Positions 17,829 to 25,974 of a DNA stretch of 64,000 nt are shown piece after piece. Position numbers and translations under genes: made by a program. Every line of letters starts with the position of its first letter. Position 1 is the first letter of the stretch. Source of the DNA: Phycisphaerales bacterium (GTDB lineage: Bacteria; Planctomycetota; Phycisphaerae; Phycisphaerales; UBA1924); the NCBI GenBank assembly GCA_016742075.1, contig JACVCL010000003.1, positions 20,087 to 84,086 of the forward strand, written 5' to 3'. The notes below the pieces were generated by a model, which was given only the letters and a program-made list of their open reading frames with translations, ran no database searches and had not been told where the DNA came from.

Positions 17829-19052
17829 TCACTTGGCCATGGTGTTCGCGACGCTGAAGATCGGCAGGAGCAGCGAGATCGCGATGCCCCCGATGGTCGT
17901 GCCCATGAAGATGATCATCACCGGCTCGATGAGCTGCGTGGCCGCCTTCACGGCTTCGTCGAGGTCTTCCTCGCTCGACTGGCCGATGCGCTCCAGAACA
18001 TCCGGCAGCCGCCCGGATCGCTCGCCGGCGGCGATCATCTGGCTCACGCTCCGGGGCACGATGGCCGATCGGGCAAAGGCCTCGGAGATCGGCCGTCCGA
18101 CCGTCATGGCCTTGTCTACGGTGTCCCAGAGCTCATCCCAGAGGACGTTCTCGGTGACGCCGCGGACGATGCGCACGGCGTCGAGGAGCGGCACGCCCGC
18201 GGCGAGCAGCGTGCCGAGGGTGCGCGTGGCACGCGTCAGGTAGAACATCGTGTACATACGGCCGAGGACGGGCAGGCTGATCTTGGCGCGGTCGATGAGG
18301 CGTCGGCCCGATCTCATCATCCGCAGGCCCAGCGTGCCGCCCACGACCGCCGCGATGCCCGCAACAACGGGCACCCAGTGGGCGAGCAGGAACTCGGAGA
18401 CGCCGAGGACGATGCGAGTGGGCGTGGGGAGCGCCGCCGAGCGCGACTCGTAGATCCGCGCGAACCTCGGCAGCACCCACATGACGAGAAACAGCGTGAC
18501 CACCGTGGCCAGCGAGACCATCACCAGGGGGTAGGTCATCGCCCCCTTGATCTGCTTGATCGTTCGCCGCTCCTTGGAGAGGTAGCCTGCGACGCGCGCG
18601 AGCATGAGACCCAGCTTCCCCGACGCCTCGCTGGCCCGGATGAGCGACACCATGAGGGTCGGGAACACCCGCGGAAACTGCCGCATGGCCTCGGAGAAGG
18701 GCACGCCGGCGTGGATACGGTCGGTGAGCACACCCATCACCCGCTTCATCGGGCCCGGACGGAGCTGGTCGAGATAGGCCTCGAGGGCCTCGGCGAGCGG
18801 CACGCCGGTGTCGAGCATCACCGCCAGCTGGTTGGCCATGCCGATGACCTCATCCCGGCGAACCGTGCGAGCGGCCTGACGCACCAGCACCTGCGACGCG
18901 TCGACCGCCGGACGGGCCCCGAGGAGGACCTCGGTGACGACCTTGCCCTCACGCTGCAGCGTGCGGACGACGTCGGACTGGGAGCGGGCCTCGAGCGTGC
19001 CGCTCACCTGGTTGCCGGCGGGGTCTCTGGCTTTGTAGGAGAACGTGAGCAT
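17829..19052 (-). CDS. pilC: Type IV pilus / type II secretion platform protein (GspF/PilC family)
   Basis: 407 aa from ATG 19052. It begins MLTFSYKARDPAGNQVSG and has two repeats of the T2SSF domain. It ends GGIAISLLLPIF. Confidence 0.85.
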   Translation of the reverse strand: MLTFSYKARDPAGNQVSGTLEARSQSDVVRTLQREGKVVTEVLLGARPAVDASQVLVRQAARTVRRDEVIGMANQLAVMLDTGVPLAEALEAYLDQLRPGPMKRVMGVLTDRIHAGVPFSEAMRQFPRVFPTLMVSLIRASEASGKLGLMLARVAGYLSKERRTIKQIKGAMTYPLVMVSLATVVTLFLVMWVLPRFARIYESRSAALPTPTRIVLGVSEFLLAHWVPVVAGIAAVVGGTLGLRMMRSGRRLIDRAKISLPVLGRMYTMFYLTRATRTLGTLLAAGVPLLDAVRIVRGVTENVLWDELWDTVDKAMTVGRPISEAFARSAIVPRSVSQMIAAGERSGRLPDVLERIGQSSEEDLDEAVKAATQLIEPVMIIFMGTTIGGIAISLLLPIFSVANTMAK

Positions 19053-19068
19053 GGGAGTCGGGTTGGGG

Positions 19069-20811
19069 TCAGGTGGAGGAAGCCCTGATGACTTCGTCGA
19101 CGGTGGTGAGGCCGACAGCAGCCTTGGCCAGCCCGTCATCGCGGAGCCCCTTGTGGCCGATGACGTTGGCGAGCGTGCGGAGCTCCTGCAGGGTGGCCCC
19201 ACCGGAGATCTGCTCGAGGACGGCCTCGGTGGGGACGAACAACTCGAAGATGCCCAGCCGGCCCGCGTAGCCCGACGCACGGCACCGGGCGCAGCCGGCG
19301 CCCCGGAAGAGCCGCGTGATCGCGCTCGCCGCGGACTCGACCGTGACACGCTCCTGAGTATCCGGCTCGTACTCTTCCTTGCAGTGCGGACAGATCTTGC
19401 GCACCAGGCGCTGGGCGAGGACGCCGCGGAGCATCGCGGCCACAAGATACGGCTCGATGCCCATGTTCGTCAGGCGTGTAACGGCCGAGATGGCGTCGTT
19501 CGTGTGCAGGGTCGAAAGGATCAGGTGACCCGTGAGTGCGGCCTGCGTGGCGATCGTGGCCGTCTCGAGATCGCGCACCTCACCGACCATGAGCACGTCG
19601 GGATCCTGACGCAGAAGCGCCCGCAGGGCCGAGGCGAACGTGAACCCGGCTTTGTCGTTGACCTGGAACTGGTTGACACCCGGGATCTGCGCCTCGACCG
19701 GGTTCTCGACAGTCGAGATGTTGATGTCGTCGGAGGAAATCTCCATGAGCGCCGAGTAGAGGGTCGTCGACTTGCCGGATCCGGTCGGGCCGGTGACGAG
19801 CACCATGCCATTCGACATATTGATGAGCTTCCGCCACGTGCCCACCATCTCGGGCCGCATGCCCATTTTCTCGATGGTCAGGATGGCGTTGCGATTATCG
19901 ATGATGCGGATGACGACCTTCTCGCCGAACTTGCCCGGCATGGTCGAGACGCGGAGGTCCACGGGCCGACCGTCGATGGCCACGTGGATGTCGCCGTCCT
20001 GCGGCAGCCGGCGTTCGGAGATGTCCATCGACGCCATGATCTTGATGCGCGACACCACCGCCGGGAGCATCTGATGCGGCGGCATGAGCTTGGTCGCCAG
20101 GCGGCCATCGACGCGGAACCGCACACGGCAACGGTGGTCCTCGGGCTCGATGTGGATGTCGGATGCGCGATCCTGGATAGCCTGGTAGAAGATGTAGTTA
20201 ACGAGCTTGACGACCGGCGACTGGCCCGAGAGTTCCTCGATGTCGCCGAGGTCGAACGACTGCTTCTCGCTGACCTTGAACTCCCGGACGTCGACATTCT
20301 CGTAGATGTCGTCGATGACGAATACATTCGCGGTCGGCAGGTACGCCTGCAGCGTGGCGCGGATGTCCTGGGCCGTTGACACCACCACCTGCGCTCGGCA
20401 GCCCGAGAGACGCTCGATCTCTTCGACGAGGAACAGGTTGGCCGGCTCGCACACCGCCACCGTGAGACTTCCCTCGACGCAGAACAGCGGCAGCACGCAG
20501 TGGCTGTCGATGAACTCACGTGGCAGACGGTCGATGACGCGCGGGTCGGCGATACGCGGCGTCACCCGGGCGAACGGGACGCCATAGGACGCCGCGAGGC
20601 ATTCCATGATCACGGCTTCGCTGACGAATCCGAGCTCGACCAGCACCTCGCCCAGCAGCTTGCTGTGGCCGTGCGACGTCTGGGCTTCCAGCGCCTCGGC
20701 GAGCTGTTCCCGGGTGATGCGTCCCTGCCGGACGAGCAGCTCGCCGATCGGCAGGCGGGCCGCTGTCGAAGCCGAAGCGGCCGAGCCGGGCTGTCCCACG
20801 GGCGGGCTCAT
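19069..20811 (-). CDS. pilB: Type IV pilus / type II secretion assembly ATPase (GspE/PilB family)
   Basis: 580 aa from ATG 20811. It has an N-terminal T2SSE_N-like region, Walker A GPTGSGKST, an Asp box, Walker B, and a tetra-Cys CPHC...CARC. The ATG overlaps the STAS stop (ATGA 20808-20811). Confidence 0.9.
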   Translation of the reverse strand: MSPPVGQPGSAASASTAARLPIGELLVRQGRITREQLAEALEAQTSHGHSKLLGEVLVELGFVSEAVIMECLAASYGVPFARVTPRIADPRVIDRLPREFIDSHCVLPLFCVEGSLTVAVCEPANLFLVEEIERLSGCRAQVVVSTAQDIRATLQAYLPTANVFVIDDIYENVDVREFKVSEKQSFDLGDIEELSGQSPVVKLVNYIFYQAIQDRASDIHIEPEDHRCRVRFRVDGRLATKLMPPHQMLPAVVSRIKIMASMDISERRLPQDGDIHVAIDGRPVDLRVSTMPGKFGEKVVIRIIDNRNAILTIEKMGMRPEMVGTWRKLINMSNGMVLVTGPTGSGKSTTLYSALMEISSDDINISTVENPVEAQIPGVNQFQVNDKAGFTFASALRALLRQDPDVLMVGEVRDLETATIATQAALTGHLILSTLHTNDAISAVTRLTNMGIEPYLVAAMLRGVLAQRLVRKICPHCKEEYEPDTQERVTVESAASAITRLFRGAGCARCRASGYAGRLGIFELFVPTEAVLEQISGGATLQELRTLANVIGHKGLRDDGLAKAAVGLTTVDEVIRASST

Positions 20812-21143
20812 CGCAGGCTCCTCACGGCGTGCTCCACCGTCGGGTGCGACTCGAGCGCGAGCTCCAGCCGCGTGAGTGCCAGGATGGTGCTCACGGTCGT
20901 GTCCGGGCTGATGAGCCGGAGCTGCCCGCCCGACTCGCCGAGGGACCGCTGGAGCCGCAGGCACGACTCGAGCGCGGCCGAGTCGATGAACTCCAGATGC
21001 TCGACATTCAGCAGAAGGTGCCGGGCCGACTTGGCCCGGCGCTCGGTGGCCGCACGCTCAAAGCCGGAGATATCGTCGGCCGTGAACTCTCCCGACAGCG
21101 TCAGCACGCCGATGTGCTCGAAGTCGTGGGCCGAGATCTTCAC
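20808..21143 (-). CDS. STAS domain protein (anti-sigma-factor antagonist family)
   Basis: 111 aa with a GTG start overlapping the upstream stop (GTGA 21140-21143). HLEFIDSAALESCL keeps the SpoIIAA-type phosphorylatable Ser context. Confidence 0.75.
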   Translation of the reverse strand: MKISAHDFEHIGVLTLSGEFTADDISGFERAATERRAKSARHLLLNVEHLEFIDSAALESCLRLQRSLGESGGQLRLISPDTTVSTILALTRLELALESHPTVEHAVRSLR

Positions 21144-22780
21144 GCGGCCTCCCGTCCGGCATCCGACGAGGGCCGCTCGGCCGCCTGGCGTCGGGCGACC
21201 ATGCCGTCGTACTGCGCCAGGTCGAGCTTGACGAAGGCCTCGGCGAGGTCGGGGTCGAACTGCGTGCCGGCACCGCGCAGCACCTCGGCGAGCACTTGAT
21301 CGCGGGCCATCGCGGCCCGGTAGGTGCGGTTGGAGCTCATCGCGTCGAAGGCGTCGACGAGACCGATGATCCGGGCGACCAGAGGGATATCGACGCCCCG
21401 CAGGCCGTGCGGGTAGCCCTTACCGTCGAAACGCTCGTGGTGGTGCATGACGCCGGGCAGCACGTCATCGAGGAAGGGGATGTCCTTCAGGATGTGGTGG
21501 CCGATCTCGGGGTGCTGCTTGATGAGGCGGTATTCCTCGTCGCTCAGCCTGCCCGGCTTGCGCAGCACTTCCTCGGGCACGCCGATCTTGCCGATGTCGT
21601 GGACCAGCCCGGCGATGCGCACACGCTCGGCATGCTCGGCGGACAATCCGACGGCCGTGGCCAGCGTGAAGGCCAGATGGGCCACGCGCTCGGAGTGACC
21701 GCAGGTGTACGGGTCTTTGGCGTCGATCGCGGCCGTGAGGGCCTCGAGCGTGCCGAGAAACATCAGCTGCTGATCCTCGTACAAGCCCGCGTTCTGGAGC
21801 AGCACCGCGACCGACGCCGCGGCCGCTTCGAGCATCTTCATCTCGATCGACGTGATGTCCGGGTCGGATCCCTGCTTGTCGCCCGCCATGAGCGCCCCGA
21901 GGAGCTTGCCCTCGTGGGTGATCGGCTGGATCAGCACCGGCGAGACCCCCTGCGCCAGCGGCCCGCGCTCGTCTCCGGCCAGCAGAAGCCGGCCGTGCAC
22001 GCCGAGCCGCCCCAGCAGCCCACCCACGAACTGCTCGGCGGCCGAGCGGGTGCAGGGCAGGTCGCCGGACCACATCACACGGCCCGCCATCGACCTGGCG
22101 CGGCGTTCGTCGCGCACGAAGCACGCCCCGACCCACGCGAAATTCATCACGGCGAGCAGTTCGGCACAGGACAGCCGCACGAACCGCTGGGGGTGCACCA
22201 GCTCGGTCATGGCCTGGGACAGCTTGTAGAGAAGACTGGTCTCTTCGTACGACTCGGCGAGCTGGCGGCTGAGCGAGTCGGTGGTCGCCGCGCCGCTGAA
22301 CACCTGAAGCAGGTCGGCGTGCATCCACGCCAGGCTCCGGGCGTTGCCCTGGGCTCCGGCGGCGGTGAAAGTGGCGATGGACGCCAGCGAGGAGCGGCAC
22401 GCCGACGTGTCGAGCCCGGCGAGTCCGCACAGCCGCGCGAACTCTTCCGTCGCCGTGGCGGCATGGCCGAGTGCCAGGGCCGCGATGTACCCCCGGCGGC
22501 GGCGCCGGTGGGTCTCGACCAGCGGCACCAGCCAGGCTCCGGGGAACAGCTCGCGCACCGCCGGCTGCTCTTCCGCGGCCCAGAACTCCACGCACCCGCG
22601 GACCAGTTTCTCAAGGCCGGCAGACCGCAGGAACATGCCCGCCGGGCCGGTCTCGGCCGGTGGCGAGATCACCTGCCCGGCCGCCGAGAGGCGCCAGGTC
22701 GGCATCCCCAGTGCGCGGCAGCGTTCCCGCAGGATGAGCTCGGGAGACTCCGCCCGGGTTGGAACGATCACGTCGTTCAC
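21140..22780 (-). CDS. GAF domain-containing HD-GYP phosphodiesterase
   Basis: 546 aa. It has HDIGKIGVP ... HHERFDGKGYPHGL (HD-GYP), preceded by a GAF-like region and an unassigned N-terminal domain of about 200 aa. The GTG start overlaps the receiver stop (GTGA 22777-22780). Confidence 0.8.
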   Translation of the reverse strand: MNDVIVPTRAESPELILRERCRALGMPTWRLSAAGQVISPPAETGPAGMFLRSAGLEKLVRGCVEFWAAEEQPAVRELFPGAWLVPLVETHRRRRRGYIAALALGHAATATEEFARLCGLAGLDTSACRSSLASIATFTAAGAQGNARSLAWMHADLLQVFSGAATTDSLSRQLAESYEETSLLYKLSQAMTELVHPQRFVRLSCAELLAVMNFAWVGACFVRDERRARSMAGRVMWSGDLPCTRSAAEQFVGGLLGRLGVHGRLLLAGDERGPLAQGVSPVLIQPITHEGKLLGALMAGDKQGSDPDITSIEMKMLEAAAASVAVLLQNAGLYEDQQLMFLGTLEALTAAIDAKDPYTCGHSERVAHLAFTLATAVGLSAEHAERVRIAGLVHDIGKIGVPEEVLRKPGRLSDEEYRLIKQHPEIGHHILKDIPFLDDVLPGVMHHHERFDGKGYPHGLRGVDIPLVARIIGLVDAFDAMSSNRTYRAAMARDQVLAEVLRGAGTQFDPDLAEAFVKLDLAQYDGMVARRQAAERPSSDAGREAA

Positions 22781-23205
22781 GCCGCACGGGCCTCCTCGTG
22801 GCCGTCGTGTTCGCCCTCACCGGCAAGCCCGAGCAGCACCTGGACCCGCTGGAGGATCTGCCTGGGGCTGAAGGGCTTGGAGAGCACGGCCTTGATGTTG
22901 GTCCGGTCCAGGTCGCTCTGAGCCAGCGCGTACCCGCGGGCGGTGAGCATGATGAGCGGGATCCCGGCGGTCGCCGGGTTCTGCCGCAGCTTCACGCCAA
23001 GCTCAAGGCCCGAGACGTACGGCATCTGCAGATCGGTGATAATCAGCGCCGGCAGACTCTGGCACGCGAGCTCGAAGGCCTCCTCCCCATCGCCCGCCAT
23101 CTGCACGTCGAAGCCGGCATTGGAGAGCTTCAGCGACACCACCTGCACGATGTGTGCTTCGTCATCGGCCACGAGGACCTTGATCCGGTTGGGCTGCGCG
23201 GTCAT
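22777..23205 (-). CDS. Single-domain response regulator (CheY-like receiver)
   Basis: 142 aa. It has VLVADDE ... LIITDLQMP ... KPF. ATGA overlap with the kinase stop (23202-23205). Confidence 0.85.
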   Translation of the reverse strand: MTAQPNRIKVLVADDEAHIVQVVSLKLSNAGFDVQMAGDGEEAFELACQSLPALIITDLQMPYVSGLELGVKLRQNPATAGIPLIMLTARGYALAQSDLDRTNIKAVLSKPFSPRQILQRVQVLLGLAGEGEHDGHEEARAA

Positions 23206-24668
23206 CGGCTCCCCTCGCTCTCATACGGGATGCTGAACCAGAACCGACTGCCCATGCCCAGCTCGCTCGTGACGCCGATCCGGCCCTGATGGACCGTCTC
23301 CACGATGTGGCGGACGAGATTCAGGCCGAGTCCGGTGCCCTTGGCGACGCGCTTGTAGCTCTCGATCCGATAGAATTTCTCGAAGATCCGGCCCAAGGCG
23401 TCCGGCGGGATCCCCAGCCCGGTGTCCGAGACGCTGACCAGAACCGCCCGCGCGGCGTCGTCGTTGTCGACTGTGACGGTGACACGGCCGCCGTCGGGCG
23501 TGTACTTGATGCCGTTGCTGACCAGGTTCATCACCACCTGGTGCATCATGTCGCGGTCGGCCTGGGCGGTGTAGACCAGTGGGCCGGCCTTGAAGAGCAG
23601 CATGATGTTCTTGGCCCGGGCCTGCGGCTGCATGGTCTCGATGACGTCCTTGCAGACCTTGACGAAGTCGACCTCGGTCCGCTCGGCCTGGACGATCCCC
23701 GCCTCGATGCGGGAGATGTTCAGCATGTTGTCGATCATGCGCGAGACACGCTCGGTCTCGGACTTGATGATCTGGTAGAACTCCCGCTTCGACGCCTCGT
23801 CACGGGCCTCGCCGTCGAGCAGCATCTCGACGTAGGCATTGATCGAACTCAGCGGCGTCCGAAGCTCGTGGCTGGCCTGAGAGACGAAGTCGGACTTCAT
23901 CTGCGAGATCTCTTTCTCGCGCGTCACGTCCCGCAGAATCGTCACGACGCCGCCGACACCGTTCCGGCTGTCGGGCAGGCTCGCGAGCGTCACGTCGAAC
24001 GCCACCTGCCCGCCCGCCCGGGCCGATCCGCCGGGGGCCAGGGCGTGCTCCACGTGGCGCTGCTTGTTGGGCACGCCCGAAGAGCGGACCTCTTTAATGA
24101 GGGTTCGGAGACGATCGTCGAAGATCACGTCGTCGACGGGTTTGTGGAGCGCTCCGTCGGCTTCGAAGCCGAACAGCCGGGCGGCCGGCTCGTTCGCGAC
24201 GGTGATCTCGTTGAAGCCGTCGGTGACCAGCACGGCGTCGCGGAGGCTGTGCAGAACACCCTCCAGATGGTCGCGCTCGGCGTCGATCACCTTCTGCCGG
24301 ATGTCGGCTTCCTTCAAGCGGAGCGATGACTCCTCCGCCCGCCGCGCCCAGGCCGCGTTCGCCCGGTCGACCAGCCCCGAGACCGGGCCCAGCCAAGCAG
24401 GCCATCGGACAGGACCGCCGTCGCCCTTCTCGGCGGCGGCCGACAGCCGCTGGCCGGATCGGGCGAGGACCCACCGCACACCGATCCACACGGGCGCCAG
24501 CACCGCCAAAGCCGACGCCGCGTGCACCGCGAAGCCCATGAGCACGCTCTCGGCGAGCGTGGTGCCGCCAGCCCCTCTGAGCCAGAGGGCGTCGAGCGCA
24601 GCCGCCCCAAGGGCGACAACGGCGGCGGCTGCGACGCTCAGTGACAGGACCGGTCCTCTCGTCACCAT
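23202..24668 (-). CDS. Sensor histidine kinase (2 TM, PAS, HisKA, HATPase_c)
   Basis: It has the H-box SHELRTPLSS, the N-box NLVSNGIKYT, and DTGLGI and GTGLGL. The start is taken at ATG 24668 (MVTRGPVLSLSVAAAAVV); the longer ORF would overlap the TPR gene. Confidence 0.8.
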   Translation of the reverse strand: MVTRGPVLSLSVAAAAVVALGAAALDALWLRGAGGTTLAESVLMGFAVHAASALAVLAPVWIGVRWVLARSGQRLSAAAEKGDGGPVRWPAWLGPVSGLVDRANAAWARRAEESSLRLKEADIRQKVIDAERDHLEGVLHSLRDAVLVTDGFNEITVANEPAARLFGFEADGALHKPVDDVIFDDRLRTLIKEVRSSGVPNKQRHVEHALAPGGSARAGGQVAFDVTLASLPDSRNGVGGVVTILRDVTREKEISQMKSDFVSQASHELRTPLSSINAYVEMLLDGEARDEASKREFYQIIKSETERVSRMIDNMLNISRIEAGIVQAERTEVDFVKVCKDVIETMQPQARAKNIMLLFKAGPLVYTAQADRDMMHQVVMNLVSNGIKYTPDGGRVTVTVDNDDAARAVLVSVSDTGLGIPPDALGRIFEKFYRIESYKRVAKGTGLGLNLVRHIVETVHQGRIGVTSELGMGSRFWFSIPYESEGSR

Positions 24669-24717
24669 GCTCCTCCGGAATGCCCCGCCCAAGGGCCGGG
24701 GCGTCCGACTCTGGGCG

Positions 24718-25974
24718 CTACTTCGAGTCAGGAATCGGGGCGCTCGTGACCGTGCTGCCGGACTTCGCCCGCACGCCGGCCAGCGCCTGGCGGGCGGCGG
24801 CATCGTCCGGGCTCAGTTCGACGGCCAGCTCGAACGTGCGAACCGCCTCGTCGCGGCGGCCGAGATCGTCGAGAATCATGCCCTTGAGAATGACCGCCTC
24901 CCCAACCCCGGGGGAACGGGCCGCCCGCGTGAGGCCGGATTCCAGCGTCTTGAGAGCGCCTTCGAGGTTCTGCTGCCTCCGCTGAAGCATGGCGAAGAGG
25001 ACGTACCCCTCGTGCCGCTGCGGCGCGATGTTCATCAGGTGTGTGGCGCTCTCGCGCAGGCGGTGCTCATCGTTCAGAGTCAGCGACACCTTGCCCAGCG
25101 CGAGCCACGCCCGGACATCGCTGGGACCCTCTTCGTCCTTGGTCAGCCGCTGCAGAACGGCCCTGGCCTCGACCGGCCGGCCGGTCTCGATGAGGCACTG
25201 CGCCTGAAGGTGCAGCATGTCGCGACGGGGCTCTTTGGACTCCCGCAGGACCCGCCGGATCGTGGTCTCCGCATCGGCGAACCTGCCGCAGGCCATCTGG
25301 GCCCGCACCAAGTCCTCAAGGATGGCCGGCTCGCTGGGCGCCAGCAGCGACGCCTCCTGAAACTTCGCGGCCGCGTCCTCCGAGCGCCCTTCGATCATGG
25401 CGATGTGGCCGAGGCACTGCACCACACCGGGGTTATTCTCGAAGTTCTTCCGCCGCTCCTCGAGCCACGCCTTGGCGCCGGGCACGTCGCCCAGATCCAT
25501 CATCATCTCGGCCACCGCCAGGGCGTACTGGGGCTCGGAGGCCTTGAGCTCCGCCGCCTGGCGGTAGAGGCCCAGAGCCTGCTCACGCCGGCTGTAGCGC
25601 TCCATCACCACGCCCTTGAAGTACATGGCGTCGACGTTCTTCTCTTCGAGCGCCAACGCCCGGTCGAAGGACGAGACAGCCTCGTCGAGGCGGCCCTGCT
25701 CCATCATGATCCGCCCGCGCAGCACGTGGCTCTTGGGCACCGACCCCAGCAGCGCGATCGACTCATCCACGCTCCGCTCGGCCTTCTTCAGGTCGCCGGC
25801 GAGGAACTGCTGATGGGCCATGTCCCAGCTGGTGGCGGCCTTGATGCCGGCCATCCGCACCTGCGCCTGCTCCCGGAACTCGGTCGTGTACTTGCCGTGC
25901 CCCGGGCTGCACCCGGGAAAGGCCGCCGCGGCCAGGCCGCCGGCGATCAGTGCGATGCGGAAGGACTTCATCAC
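24718..25974 (-). CDS. TPR-repeat lipoprotein (candidate secretin pilotin, PilF/PilW/Tgl-like)
   Basis: It has a lipobox (LAAAAFPGC) and multiple TPR-like helices. The start overlaps the secretin stop (25971-25974). Confidence 0.65.
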   Translation of the reverse strand: MMKSFRIALIAGGLAAAAFPGCSPGHGKYTTEFREQAQVRMAGIKAATSWDMAHQQFLAGDLKKAERSVDESIALLGSVPKSHVLRGRIMMEQGRLDEAVSSFDRALALEEKNVDAMYFKGVVMERYSRREQALGLYRQAAELKASEPQYALAVAEMMMDLGDVPGAKAWLEERRKNFENNPGVVQCLGHIAMIEGRSEDAAAKFQEASLLAPSEPAILEDLVRAQMACGRFADAETTIRRVLRESKEPRRDMLHLQAQCLIETGRPVEARAVLQRLTKDEEGPSDVRAWLALGKVSLTLNDEHRLRESATHLMNIAPQRHEGYVLFAMLQRRQQNLEGALKTLESGLTRAARSPGVGEAVILKGMILDDLGRRDEAVRTFELAVELSPDDAAARQALAGVRAKSGSTVTSAPIPDSK

